DNA from: Bacteroidota bacterium
GTDB lineage: Bacteria > Bacteroidota > Bacteroidia > NS11-12g > UBA955
Assembly: GCA_030830065.1 (NCBI GenBank)
Contig: JAURNR010000047.1
Span: 4,613 to 68,612, forward strand
Direction of reading: 5' to 3'
Length of the DNA stretch: 64,000 nucleotides
Shown: piece after piece, positions 30,433 through 41,803 of the stretch
How positions within the stretch are numbered: the stretch's first letter is position 1
Layout: the number at the start of each line of letters is the position of its first letter
Notes under the pieces: generated by a model
The model's database searches: none
Told to the model about the DNA's origin: nothing
What the model saw: the letters and a program-made list of their open reading frames with translations, nothing else
Position numbers and translations under genes: made by a program

Positions 30433-31205
30433 TGTCGCAAATTGTAAACTATAAGGTTTACGGAGAACAAAACAAAGATGCTATATACATCTTGCACGGT
30501 GTTTTTGGCATGCTAGATAATTGGCATTACACGGCTAAATATCTTTCTGAGAAATATCGAGTAATTACTTTTGATGCTCGGAATCATGGAAAATCTTTCC
30601 ATGATTCCGACTGCTCATACAACGCCATGGCGGGAGACTTGAAATCTCTAATGGATTTCCATAAAGATGACAATGCTATTGTAATTGGTCATTCAATGGG
30701 GGGGAAAACATCTTTAATTTTTTCTGAACTATACCCAAATAGTTTAAGGCAATTAATTGTAATTGACATTGCTCCTAAGGCCTACCCTGCCGGACATCTC
30801 GAATTTATTAAGGCCTTTCAAAGTATTGATTTCACTCAATTAAATAGCAGAAAAGAGGCCGATGAAGCCTTTGCACCTTATGCTCCAATAGCTCCGATAC
30901 GACAATTTTTATTAAAAAATATTGAATCCAGATCTGAGGGCGGTTATCAACTCAAAATTAATATTGATGCACTAGCCAAACAATATCGTGCAATTATTGG
31001 AGGTATAAACCTAACCGGAAAATTTCAGGGTAATATGAACTTAATCAAAGGCGAAAAAAGCGGTTATATTAAAACCGAAGATGAAATAACATTATCTGAA
31101 TTATATAATAATGTAGACTTTTATTCTGTCCCTAAAGCCGGCCATTGGGTACATGCAGATAATCCCGAGTATTTCTTAAATCTGTTATCTAAAATACTAC
31201 TTTAA
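30432..31205 (+). CDS. Alpha/beta-fold hydrolase
   Basis: 257 aa; nucleophile elbow GHSMGG; HGVFG oxyanion region; C-terminal GHWVH. Confidence 0.75.
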   Translation: MSQIVNYKVYGEQNKDAIYILHGVFGMLDNWHYTAKYLSEKYRVITFDARNHGKSFHDSDCSYNAMAGDLKSLMDFHKDDNAIVIGHSMGGKTSLIFSELYPNSLRQLIVIDIAPKAYPAGHLEFIKAFQSIDFTQLNSRKEADEAFAPYAPIAPIRQFLLKNIESRSEGGYQLKINIDALAKQYRAIIGGINLTGKFQGNMNLIKGEKSGYIKTEDEITLSELYNNVDFYSVPKAGHWVHADNPEYFLNLLSKILL

Positions 31206-31229
31206 TTAAAGTTTCTGTAATTTTGACCT

Positions 31230-32027
31230 ATGCAGAGCAGGAAATTATTCATTGTTTTAATTGCAGCTTCTCTATTTTTTGTTGAAAAAACAGATGCTCA
31301 AATTTCAGACTCTGACAAAATTGAAATTTCACCTGTAATTCCAGAGAGCAGCTGGATACTTCTTAAAGCAAAAGGCGCATTTCAATGGAATTATGGGGAT
31401 TGGAAAGATAGATACCCTTATTTTACTAGTATCCCAATTGAAGTAGAATATTCCCACCAAAATAAATGGGCAATTGGTGCCAATTTCGCTTTCACATTGG
31501 GATCACAAGTAGTAACGGATCCATTATTTAAGGGCATGACCAATAGTGATGGATACCTACTTGACCTAAATGGATATCCTGCGGTAATCAGAACTTACAT
31601 GCGAGGATATCAAACTCAACTATATTTATTAAAAACTCATATCATTCGTAGTAATAGGAGTTCTCGATGGCTATTACAATATGGTGGTGGCGTTGGATAT
31701 TACCTAAACTATACGAAATACGTTTTTGACCTTGATATGGTTCCGTTGTTGGAAGAGAATAATTTAGGATTATTTGATCAAAGAGCAGGTGGTTTCACTA
31801 GTATTCAAAAAGCACAATTAAGTTATTTAGATAATAATTCTGTGTCCTTTTATGTAGGGATGGAATTATTTCAGGGATATGGCAAATCATTACGACCATT
31901 TACAATGGGAATTGGACAAAATCAAGGAACTAAAACAGACGGTTCTTATGGGCTTTATGGTGGTATAATTATTCCAATAAATGTAAGTAAACAAAGAGTG
32001 GAAACTACAGATTACTTTCTCGATTAG
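31230..32027 (+). CDS. Hypothetical secreted / outer-membrane beta-barrel-like protein
   Basis: Signal peptide MQSRKLFIVLIAASLFFVEKTDAQ; alternating aromatic/Gly beta-strand pattern. Confidence 0.3.
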   Translation: MQSRKLFIVLIAASLFFVEKTDAQISDSDKIEISPVIPESSWILLKAKGAFQWNYGDWKDRYPYFTSIPIEVEYSHQNKWAIGANFAFTLGSQVVTDPLFKGMTNSDGYLLDLNGYPAVIRTYMRGYQTQLYLLKTHIIRSNRSSRWLLQYGGGVGYYLNYTKYVFDLDMVPLLEENNLGLFDQRAGGFTSIQKAQLSYLDNNSVSFYVGMELFQGYGKSLRPFTMGIGQNQGTKTDGSYGLYGGIIIPINVSKQRVETTDYFLD

Positions 32028-32034
32028 TAATATT

Positions 32035-33279
32035 TTGATTCGTTTTTTTTATAATTTAGGTATAATAGTCACCTCTCCTTTGTGGAAGGTTGCCACAGTA
32101 TTTTCTCCTAAAGTTAAATGTATCGTAAATGGTAGAAAAGAAACAAAAAAGCGATTAAAAGAATTAAACACCAAATTGGTTAAACGAATTTGGATTCATT
32201 TAGCTTCTTTAGGAGAGTTTGAAATGGTATTACCATTAGTTGATGCCTTAGATGACAGTAAGTGTGAATTTCATTTTTCATTTTACTCTCCTTCAGGTTA
32301 CATGAATGCGAAACTACCCAATAACAGATCATATAAATGGTATCTGTTAAATGATACTAAAAACGATGCTGAATATTGGATAAAACAGTTAGATCCCGAT
32401 CTGGCAGTTTTTGTTAAATATGAATTTTGGCTCAATCACTTAAAAGCAACAAATAAAAACAAAGTTCAATTCATTTATTGGAATGTACTACTTAGAGAAA
32501 ATCACTTTCTTACCAAATGGTTTTCACAGGCTTGGTGGATTGAGTTAATGAAAACAAAAAAAGTATTTGCACAAGACTCATTTACACACCAAATATTTAA
32601 AGACAAGGGCATTGCATCTGAAATAATAGGAGATATACGCTTTCTAAGAAGCTTACAAGCTCTAAATAATAAGTCTGCTCTATCAAAAGAATGGGAATCC
32701 GAATTAAATAAATATCAGAATATAATATTTGGCAGTTCGTGGGAGCTTGAAGAACAAGCCGCTCATGAGTATCTAACCAATAATACCGATAACAACATTA
32801 GAATAGTTTTAGTACCACACAATATTGGCAGAACTAACATTCAAAGATTAATTAAACAATTTGAGCATTTTGGAGTTCTATGTTACTCAAACAACAAACC
32901 CGAACTAATTAAAGATAATCGTGTGGTATTAATAGATAATATTGGATTATTGCAATCAATTTATAAACTAGGTTCATTTGCGGTTGTAGGTGGAGGATTC
33001 AAAAATGCATTACATAATATTATTGAGCCCTTATCTTGTGGGTTACCAGTAGTTTCAGGAGATAATACCCCTAAATTTCCCGAGGCAAAGTCAGCAGCTG
33101 CAAGCGAGGCGCTCATTCAGTGTTCTTCAAAAGGTGAGCTTGCTAAAGTTATCTCTAAATTAACCGATAACTCTGAATTATTGCAAAAACATAAGGAATT
33201 TGCAGCAGAACATTTCCAACACAAGCTGCCTAATTTGAATAAAGCATTTGGTTATTGCCGCAAATTGATGACAATTTGA
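32035..33279 (+). CDS. waaA: 3-deoxy-D-manno-octulosonic acid (Kdo) transferase
   Basis: IWIHLASLGEFEMVLPLV (HAASVGE-like motif) plus FHFSFYSPSGY; 414 aa. Confidence 0.75.
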   Translation: MIRFFYNLGIIVTSPLWKVATVFSPKVKCIVNGRKETKKRLKELNTKLVKRIWIHLASLGEFEMVLPLVDALDDSKCEFHFSFYSPSGYMNAKLPNNRSYKWYLLNDTKNDAEYWIKQLDPDLAVFVKYEFWLNHLKATNKNKVQFIYWNVLLRENHFLTKWFSQAWWIELMKTKKVFAQDSFTHQIFKDKGIASEIIGDIRFLRSLQALNNKSALSKEWESELNKYQNIIFGSSWELEEQAAHEYLTNNTDNNIRIVLVPHNIGRTNIQRLIKQFEHFGVLCYSNNKPELIKDNRVVLIDNIGLLQSIYKLGSFAVVGGGFKNALHNIIEPLSCGLPVVSGDNTPKFPEAKSAAASEALIQCSSKGELAKVISKLTDNSELLQKHKEFAAEHFQHKLPNLNKAFGYCRKLMTI

Positions 33280-33402
33280 CACTGATTAAGTACATTTTGA
33301 CATTTTTTATTAGCTAAATTTTCATTTTGAGCTGAAAAAGACGCTTGGCACAGAATTCGAATGTAGGTCTTTCATAAAACGAAAAAAATTAAACGCAATA
33401 TT

Positions 33403-33678
33403 ATGTCAGTAAACATCAAACCATTAGCGGACCGAGTTTTGATAGAACCGGTTGCTGCAGAACAAACTACAGCCTCAGGTATTATTATACCGGACACAGC
33501 AAAAGAAAAGCCTCAAAAAGGTAAAGTTGTTGCCGTTGGTTCTGGAAAACCAGATGAACCAATGACTGTGAAAGAAGGTGATGTAGTACTTTATGGAAAG
33601 TACGCTGGAACTGAAATCAATGTGGATGGTAGTGACTACCTGATCATGAAAGAAAGCGACATTTTAGCAATTGTTTAA
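33403..33678 (+). CDS. groES: Co-chaperonin GroES
   Basis: 91 aa; [13 protein letters not shown]...GKVVAVGSG; immediately upstream of groEL. Confidence 0.95.
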   Translation: MSVNIKPLADRVLIEPVAAEQTTASGIIIPDTAKEKPQKGKVVAVGSGKPDEPMTVKEGDVVLYGKYAGTEINVDGSDYLIMKESDILAIV

Positions 33679-33697
33679 TTAACCTAATACACAATAA

Positions 33698-35344
<1,647 letters not shown>

Positions 35345-35366
35345 CAAACAAATGTAGTTTAGTGTT

Positions 35367-35399
35367 AAAAAGAGACCTCATTGTAGGTCTCTTTTTTTA
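35367..35399 (+). terminator. Rho-independent terminator after groEL
   Basis: aaaAGAGACCTcattgtAGGTCTCTttttttt: 8-bp G/C-containing stem, 6-nt loop, T7 run. Confidence 0.7.
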
Positions 35400-35471
35400 T
35401 GACTTTTCACGGTCTAATAAAATTGAATCCTTGGGTTTAAATACTATTCTAGTTAAATTTACAGGGTAATT

Positions 35472-36122
35472 ATGAGCATTGAAAAAATCAGTAAACACTA
35501 CGACGATAAATACTTCGATTGGCACAAGTCGATTTCCGAATTTGGGGGTTGGGCAAACCGATCGAAATTTTCAAAATTTATTAAAGACAGTGATACTATT
35601 CTTGATTTTGGTTGCGGCGGCGGATTTCTATTAGACGGATTCAATGTTTCCAAAAAAATTGGCATTGAAATCAACCCAGCAGCAATTGAAACTGCCAAAA
35701 GTAAGGGTATTGAAGTATACAATGATGTAGATTTAGTTGCTGATAATAGTGTAGATGTTGTAATCTCAAATCACGCTTTAGAGCATACATTAAAACCCCT
35801 AGATGAACTAAAATCGCTTTGGAAGAAATTAAAAAAAGGGGGTAAAATTATTGTTGTTGTACCCTGTGATAATATCACTAATAAATACAAGCCTAATGAC
35901 ATTAATCATCATTTATACAGCTGGTCTCCGTTGAATTTAGGTAATATTTTTACCGAGGCGGGCTTTGAATTGGTGGAATCAAAAGCGTACATTTCAAAAT
36001 GGCCTCCAAAGTATCAATTATTTGCAAAATTAGGTAGACCAATGTTTGAATTTATCTGTAAAATATACGGACGAATCGCTCGAAAATGGTTCCAAGTCAG
36101 AGCAATTGGAATTAAACCATAA
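35472..36122 (+). CDS. Class I SAM-dependent methyltransferase
   Basis: SAM motif I ILDFGCGGGFLL; 216 aa. Confidence 0.75.
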   Translation: MSIEKISKHYDDKYFDWHKSISEFGGWANRSKFSKFIKDSDTILDFGCGGGFLLDGFNVSKKIGIEINPAAIETAKSKGIEVYNDVDLVADNSVDVVISNHALEHTLKPLDELKSLWKKLKKGGKIIVVVPCDNITNKYKPNDINHHLYSWSPLNLGNIFTEAGFELVESKAYISKWPPKYQLFAKLGRPMFEFICKIYGRIARKWFQVRAIGIKP

Positions 36123-36214
36123 ATTAATTTTTTATCAAATTCTCTGGCCATAAAAGCTCTCTTTGTTTATAACACCATTTAAACAAAGCGAGGTGAAAAA
36201 TGTATCTTTGTAAT

Positions 36215-36628
36215 ATGGGTAGAATTATGGGAATTGACTTCGGTCTAAAACGGATTGGTATTGCCATCTCTGACCCACTCAATATGTTTGCCCAACCCTT
36301 AGATACAATTCTCACAAGCGAATTCCCTAAGTGGATTAAAGAGTATATATTGAATAATTTAATTGATTCGTTTGTGGTGGGAATGCCAAAGAACCTTAAA
36401 GGCGAAGACACGCATGCAACACAACCTACGCTCCAATTTATTGAATGGTTAAATTCAGAATATTCAAATATACCCGTTCATATAATCGATGAGAGATTAA
36501 GTAGTAGAGAGGCCCAAAATGAGATCCTAAAAATGGGTGTGCCTAAAAATAAAAGAAGAGAAAAAGGTCGCATTGACAACGTAGCGGCTACATTAATATT
36601 GAAAACCTATTTAGATACAAAAAATTAG
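36215..36628 (+). CDS. ruvX: Holliday-junction resolvase-like RuvX/YqgF
   Basis: MGRIMGIDFGLKRIGIAISD matches the YqgF N-terminus; start chosen at the second in-frame ATG rather than the longest ORF at 36200. Confidence 0.85.
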   Translation: MGRIMGIDFGLKRIGIAISDPLNMFAQPLDTILTSEFPKWIKEYILNNLIDSFVVGMPKNLKGEDTHATQPTLQFIEWLNSEYSNIPVHIIDERLSSREAQNEILKMGVPKNKRREKGRIDNVAATLILKTYLDTKN

Positions 36629-36630
36629 TC

Positions 36631-37182
36631 ATGATACTACCAATATACGCCTTTGGACAACCTGTTTTAAGAAAAAGCACGGAGGAGATCACGGAAAATA
36701 CGGAAGAGCTTCAAGCGCTTATAAACGATATGTTTGAAACCATGTATGAAAGTAATGGAATTGGATTGGCAGCTCCTCAAATTGGCAAATCCTTAAGATT
36801 ATTTATTGTTGATGGTTCTGATATTGAAGATATAAAACCAACAGGATTCAAAGAGGTATTCATTAATCCACAAATCGAAGATGAATTCGGAAATAAATGG
36901 GAATTCGAAGAAGGATGCTTGAGCATTCCAGATATAAGAGCAAATGTTACCCGTCACTCTGAGTTAACTATAAATTATCTCGATAGAGAATTTAAGCAGC
37001 ACACCAAAAAATTTGACGGAATGGCGGCAAGAATAATTCAACATGAATACGACCATATTGAAGGAATTCTATTCACTGACCGAATTGCTCCATTAAAAAG
37101 AAGTATGCTAAAAAGAAGACTTGAAAGCATCTCAAAAGGAAGAGTCAATATTGACTATAAGATGAAATTTCCTAACCGTTGA
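36631..37182 (+). CDS. def: Peptide deformylase
   Basis: Motifs GIGLAAPQIG, EGCLSIPD and QHEYDHIEG. Confidence 0.95.
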   Translation: MILPIYAFGQPVLRKSTEEITENTEELQALINDMFETMYESNGIGLAAPQIGKSLRLFIVDGSDIEDIKPTGFKEVFINPQIEDEFGNKWEFEEGCLSIPDIRANVTRHSELTINYLDREFKQHTKKFDGMAARIIQHEYDHIEGILFTDRIAPLKRSMLKRRLESISKGRVNIDYKMKFPNR

Positions 37183-38039
37183 TTAGATATTATTTAAATA
37201 TCATTCGTCCTATAAATTTAATACTTACTGCATTAACTCAGTTACTATTCTACATCTCTGCATCTCGATCACATTCCGGCTTATCAAACCTTGAATTCCA
37301 AAATATTAGATTGCCTGAGGCCATTACATCTTTATTTGCTTGCCTTTTAATTGCAGCGGGTGGATATATTATTAATGATGTATTTGATATTGAATCTGAT
37401 AAAATAAATAAACCTAAACGGTTAATTGCAGGAACACATATATCCCAAAAAAATTTAAGAATCTATTATATAATTTTAACTACGTTAGGAATAATTTCCG
37501 GATTTGTAACGGGGCTTGGGATGGGCATCTTATGCATTGCAATTTCGCTATTGCTTTTTTTCTATTCATCTGATTTTAAAGGTGAATATCTTGTAGGTAA
37601 TTTACTTGTTAGTTTGCTCGCGGGTATGGTAGTATATATCTCCTCTAGAGGAGTATTTCTAGTAGAGAAAGCATATTTCGCTGAATATTCTATTATTGCA
37701 TTTTGCGTAACATATGCACGAGAACTTGTGAAGGACTTTGAAGATCAAGAAGGAGATGCATCAGTTGGACATCAGACATTCGCATTAACAAGAGGATTAA
37801 AACCAACAAAAATATTTGCATGGGTTAACCTAATTGTATCTATGATCTTCTTAATAGTAATTGGGATTTATTCTAGGCAAATAGAATTTTTGTTATTTTC
37901 AGGTTTGGTTGTAATTCCTTACAGCTTATGGATATCCTGGAAACTTTTTCATTCAAAATCTAAAATGGATTTCACAAATATTTCTAAGCATCTAAAATAT
38001 TTGATGTTTGTTGGTCTTTTTACGTCTATACTATGCTAA
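37179..38039 (+). CDS. UbiA-family prenyltransferase (integral membrane)
   Basis: Asp-rich motif IINDVFDIESDKINKPKR; multiple TM helices; 286 aa. Confidence 0.7.
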   Translation: MIRYYLNIIRPINLILTALTQLLFYISASRSHSGLSNLEFQNIRLPEAITSLFACLLIAAGGYIINDVFDIESDKINKPKRLIAGTHISQKNLRIYYIILTTLGIISGFVTGLGMGILCIAISLLLFFYSSDFKGEYLVGNLLVSLLAGMVVYISSRGVFLVEKAYFAEYSIIAFCVTYARELVKDFEDQEGDASVGHQTFALTRGLKPTKIFAWVNLIVSMIFLIVIGIYSRQIEFLLFSGLVVIPYSLWISWKLFHSKSKMDFTNISKHLKYLMFVGLFTSILC

Positions 38040-38617
38040 ACTGATTTATGATCATCCCAATCTTCAGCTACCCTTTCAAATTCGCTGTACCATTCAGGAC
38101 CCATTTTCCGAATAAGTGGTTCTTTTAAGAATTGGTAAACGGGTATATTCATCATATTTCCAGCTTGACAAGCAGCGCTGCAAATATCCCAATCATGGTA
38201 GTTTAAGGCAGTATATTTACCATACCTCTTTGCTCTGATAGGATAAAGATGACAACTTATAGGTTTTTTAAAATCAATTTTACCATCTTCAAAAGCTTTT
38301 TCAATTGAACATTTGGCAGTACCATCACTTTCTATATTAACAAAAACACAAGCTCCGTCATTCCCACATGTAGTCACTAAATCCTTTTCTGAATCGCGTG
38401 TGTAGAAACCAGTTTCTTCGAGTAAAGTTAATCCCTTCTTACTCATATATGGTCTAACCTTATCAATTAATCCTTCAATAAGTTCCAATTCATCATGTAA
38501 TAACGGCGCACCTGCATCGCCCTGAATACAACACTCACCTTTACATTTGTCTAATTGACATATAAATTTACGTTCAATTACATCTTCAGACACTATTGCA
38601 TCCCCAACGATAATCAT
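38036..38617 (-). CDS. Conserved Cys-rich hypothetical protein (DUF3109-like)
   Basis: 193 aa with clustered cysteines (CKGECC, CGNDGAC, CSAAC). Confidence 0.4.
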   Translation of the reverse strand: MIIVGDAIVSEDVIERKFICQLDKCKGECCIQGDAGAPLLHDELELIEGLIDKVRPYMSKKGLTLLEETGFYTRDSEKDLVTTCGNDGACVFVNIESDGTAKCSIEKAFEDGKIDFKKPISCHLYPIRAKRYGKYTALNYHDWDICSAACQAGNMMNIPVYQFLKEPLIRKMGPEWYSEFERVAEDWDDHKSV

Positions 38618-38619
38618 TG

Positions 38620-39126
38620 TTATTTAAGGTATTCAGAAGGACCAACATCTTCAAGTCGTTTTGCTTTTTCCATTACAGAGTCTTCCATATTTTGCTTGAA
38701 ATCAATAACTTTCTTTCTGACTTCAAGGTCATACACTCCTATAATCTGTGCAGCAAGTATACCTGCATTTTTAGCGCCATTAATAGCAACCGTTGCAACG
38801 GGTACTCCAGGTGGCATTTGAACTATTGAGTATAAGCTATCGAGACCACTCATAGTTTTAGACTTCACAGGTACTCCAATTACAGGCAATGGTGAAATTG
38901 ATGCAATCATTCCCGGCAAATGAGCCGCACCACCAGCACCTGCAATTATTACCTCAATCCCCCTATCAGCCGCGCTTTCGGCATAATTAAAAAGCCTTTC
39001 CGGTGTTCTATGAGCTGAAACTACAGTAACCTCGGCTTCTAGACCAAGTTCCGTTAATACATCAGATGCCTCTTTCATTACAGGTAGATCGCTATCACTA
39101 CCCATTATAATTCCAATTTTTTTCAT
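38620..39126 (-). CDS. purE: 5-(carboxyamino)imidazole ribonucleotide mutase
   Basis: KIGIIMGSDSDLPVM...IIAGAGGAAHLPGM. Confidence 0.95.
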   Translation of the reverse strand: MKKIGIIMGSDSDLPVMKEASDVLTELGLEAEVTVVSAHRTPERLFNYAESAADRGIEVIIAGAGGAAHLPGMIASISPLPVIGVPVKSKTMSGLDSLYSIVQMPPGVPVATVAINGAKNAGILAAQIIGVYDLEVRKKVIDFKQNMEDSVMEKAKRLEDVGPSEYLK

Positions 39127-39848
39127 GCTTCTTGTAATGTGTTTTTTAAGGTGATTAATGAAACTAAAATATAACTTAAGTAAAATAGGATTATTCCATA
39201 AGATTCAAAAAAACCTATAATCAATAATACCATTAATAATATGAGTACATATCGTTTTGTATTGTGACCATCCTGTTTATTGAATTTCATCGATAACATT
39301 GGATGATCAGAAATCATAAAGTATGCCGCAAAAATTGGCATGTATAAATAAACATAGAAATTCTGGAAAAAATTAATTCCTGTTATAGACCAGGTTGGTG
39401 ACCAATTTGCCTCGTTCACCCAAGCCCAAGAAGCAAGGGTCAATCCTGTAATAGGGGTTGGAATTCCTTTAAAAATGGTTGACTGATCTGTACTAATGTT
39501 GAAAATTGCTAATCTGTAAGCTGCTGCCAAAGGTATAGATAGCCATACATACTGATTAATACAGAATCCACCTGAAGGACAAAACCCGTAATATATCATG
39601 TAATGCCTCCAAATTAAACCCGGTACTATTCCAAACGAAACCAAATCTGCTAAGCTGTCTAGCTGTTTCCCTAAATCACCTGCTACACCCAGTAGTCTAG
39701 CAGCAAGACCATCAAAAAAATCAAGAAATCCTGCAAGTAACATAAGCAGAAATGCTGTTAAAGGACTACCTTCAAAAACAGCAACAATTGCCAATAACCC
39801 ACAAGTAAGATTACCAAGTGTTATCAAGTTTGGCAAAGACTTCAACAT
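39123..39848 (-). CDS. pssA: CDP-alcohol phosphatidyltransferase (phosphatidylserine synthase-like)
   Basis: DFFDGLAARLL...GKQLDSLADLVSFGIVP is the CDP-OH phosphotransferase signature; membrane protein. Confidence 0.75.
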   Translation of the reverse strand: MLKSLPNLITLGNLTCGLLAIVAVFEGSPLTAFLLMLLAGFLDFFDGLAARLLGVAGDLGKQLDSLADLVSFGIVPGLIWRHYMIYYGFCPSGGFCINQYVWLSIPLAAAYRLAIFNISTDQSTIFKGIPTPITGLTLASWAWVNEANWSPTWSITGINFFQNFYVYLYMPIFAAYFMISDHPMLSMKFNKQDGHNTKRYVLILLMVLLIIGFFESYGIILFYLSYILVSLITLKNTLQEA

Positions 39849-39864
39849 AATACAAAATTAGTTC

Positions 39865-41802
39865 TTAATTATTGAAATAAAAGGAAAGATGTGCCCCAGC
39901 ACTCCAATAACTCATTCCAGACTTATCGGTTATACTTTCATACTGAATTGTGGTATTACGATAATACCAATTATACCTACCCAATGATTGCCTGTATCTA
40001 AATTGTGCACCTAAGCCTAAATGTTTATTTGGAAGATATTCAATTATCATGTCGCCGCCAATTAACCATTGAGGTTGATGTACCTCCTGTTGAATTACAG
40101 ATGGTGGGTTGATAATATTCACATTCATGGCCTGATAATTGAGGCGTTGATTGAAATATGTTAACCCGCCTAAAGCGTTTAATTTGAACTTTCTAGATGT
40201 TAAATTACCACCTAGATTAATATCAAATGAATATCCTGACAATAAATATCTACGGTCATCATCTTGGAAGATACTTGCTGTAGGCGGATACTCTACAGAG
40301 GTAATATTACTTTGTAAAATAGAGTAACCAATACCCGCAGTTATAAAACCTCTGCTCCATTTTATATTACCATATATCTCCGCAAGAACAGGATTACTGT
40401 ATGGCAATTTTAAATCATTAATAAAATGGTTTTCAAGTGATTTACTAAGAATTTGAGGGTAGCCATAACCTATGGGAGTGAAACTAATGATATTCTTAAT
40501 CTTTCCCTTATAGGTTATATCACTATTGTTATTCGAGCTATTAAGTTCAACTTCAGAATAACAAATAATTACCCATTTAAACTTTAGTGACAATTGAGAC
40601 AGACTTTTCCCCATTTCATTCACGTTAAACAATGCAAGTCCATCAAGATTCAGTTCTTTCAATTGATCTAACTCAGAGTGCAATTTAGATGTACTCTCTA
40701 TATTTTCAGCAGTAATTGAATTAGATCGGTCTGAGTAAAAGATCCCAATATTCAGTATTGAATCCTTTCCTTTGAAATATTTTGTTGAAAGCTGATTTAA
40801 AACACTTTTGTAATTATACCATCCACAGTCTATGTCTGATGGAGTTAAAGAAATATGACATCTTCCGAATTGACCAAAGAAGCCTTCATTGGGATTTTCA
40901 TTTAATGCTTTAGAGAATCTCTTGTACAAGGTATTTTCTCGCCAAATATATTGCTGATTTGAATTATCTAACTTCTTCCAAATATTATATTCCTCAATTC
41001 CTTTGAAGGCTTTCTTAAATTCAGTTGAATCTGATTGTAACCACCTAATAATATCAACCCAGTTATCTTCAATTGCGGCTTCAATTAGAACACTGTTTAT
41101 ATTATAGTTACTCTTTATCTGGAGTAACTGGCTACTCCATCGATTAAGTGTTTCTTCCCGTTTTTTCAAAGAATCAATATTTCTTGATTCTTCAAGATCA
41201 AAATTGATTAATCTGTCAGAAAATCCAAAACTAGATTCATACAAAACCATTTTAACTGTACTTAATATTCCAATTGGGATAACATCTTTTTTTGAGTGTT
41301 CTCGAAAAACCTCGGCAACTCGTTCAATTGCTAAATCATCAAATCGTTCTACATCCGCACCGTGAATATGTATTCTATCATTCGCTGGAAGTGTTTGATT
41401 CCAATCTCTTAGTTTTTTAAAAAATTTAAAATATTCAACTGAGGAGATGCCTTTTATTAACTTTTCTGAGTATTTATCTCCTTTTACAACATATCGTTCG
41501 AGATAATATGCTCTGGCAGGGCTAAGTTCAAGGATGTAATGACGGTAACCGGCACGCTCGTATAGTAAGCGCATTAATGAATATTCTAAAACTGAATTAA
41601 AACCTACTTCCTGATGATTTTCACCTGACAAAACCACACGACAATTAATTGCTGAATCAACCAACTCCAGTAATCCAGTATTTTCAGTGTATTTGTCCGG
41701 GTTAAAATTCAATCCCTTTGCGGTAGGTAAATTTTGAGATTGTACTTTAAAACAAAATCCAAGCAGCACTAGGTGAAATCCGATATTTTTTATCAATTTC
41801 AT
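39865..41802 (-). CDS. Hypothetical secreted protein: N-terminal ChaN/Tiki/EreA-like (GENH) domain plus C-terminal outer-membrane beta-barrel-like region
   Basis: Signal peptide; VVLSGENHQEVGFNSVLEYSLMRLL resembles the GExH motif of the TIKI/TraB/ChaN/EreA superfamily; C-terminal 250 aa with alternating beta-strand pattern ending ...HLSFYFNN. Confidence 0.35.
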   Translation of the reverse strand: MKLIKNIGFHLVLLGFCFKVQSQNLPTAKGLNFNPDKYTENTGLLELVDSAINCRVVLSGENHQEVGFNSVLEYSLMRLLYERAGYRHYILELSPARAYYLERYVVKGDKYSEKLIKGISSVEYFKFFKKLRDWNQTLPANDRIHIHGADVERFDDLAIERVAEVFREHSKKDVIPIGILSTVKMVLYESSFGFSDRLINFDLEESRNIDSLKKREETLNRWSSQLLQIKSNYNINSVLIEAAIEDNWVDIIRWLQSDSTEFKKAFKGIEEYNIWKKLDNSNQQYIWRENTLYKRFSKALNENPNEGFFGQFGRCHISLTPSDIDCGWYNYKSVLNQLSTKYFKGKDSILNIGIFYSDRSNSITAENIESTSKLHSELDQLKELNLDGLALFNVNEMGKSLSQLSLKFKWVIICYSEVELNSSNNNSDITYKGKIKNIISFTPIGYGYPQILSKSLENHFINDLKLPYSNPVLAEIYGNIKWSRGFITAGIGYSILQSNITSVEYPPTASIFQDDDRRYLLSGYSFDINLGGNLTSRKFKLNALGGLTYFNQRLNYQAMNVNIINPPSVIQQEVHQPQWLIGGDMIIEYLPNKHLGLGAQFRYRQSLGRYNWYYRNTTIQYESITDKSGMSYWSAGAHLSFYFNN

Positions 41803-41803
41803 G

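Noticed and set aside
33300-33330. CIRCE-like inverted repeat upstream of groES (TTAGCTAAA-N9-TGAGCTGAA)
   Set aside because: Only a weak match to TTAGCACTC-N9-GAGTGCTAA (about half the positions). Most Bacteroidota lack HrcA/CIRCE control, so this is probably a chance AT-rich partial palindrome.
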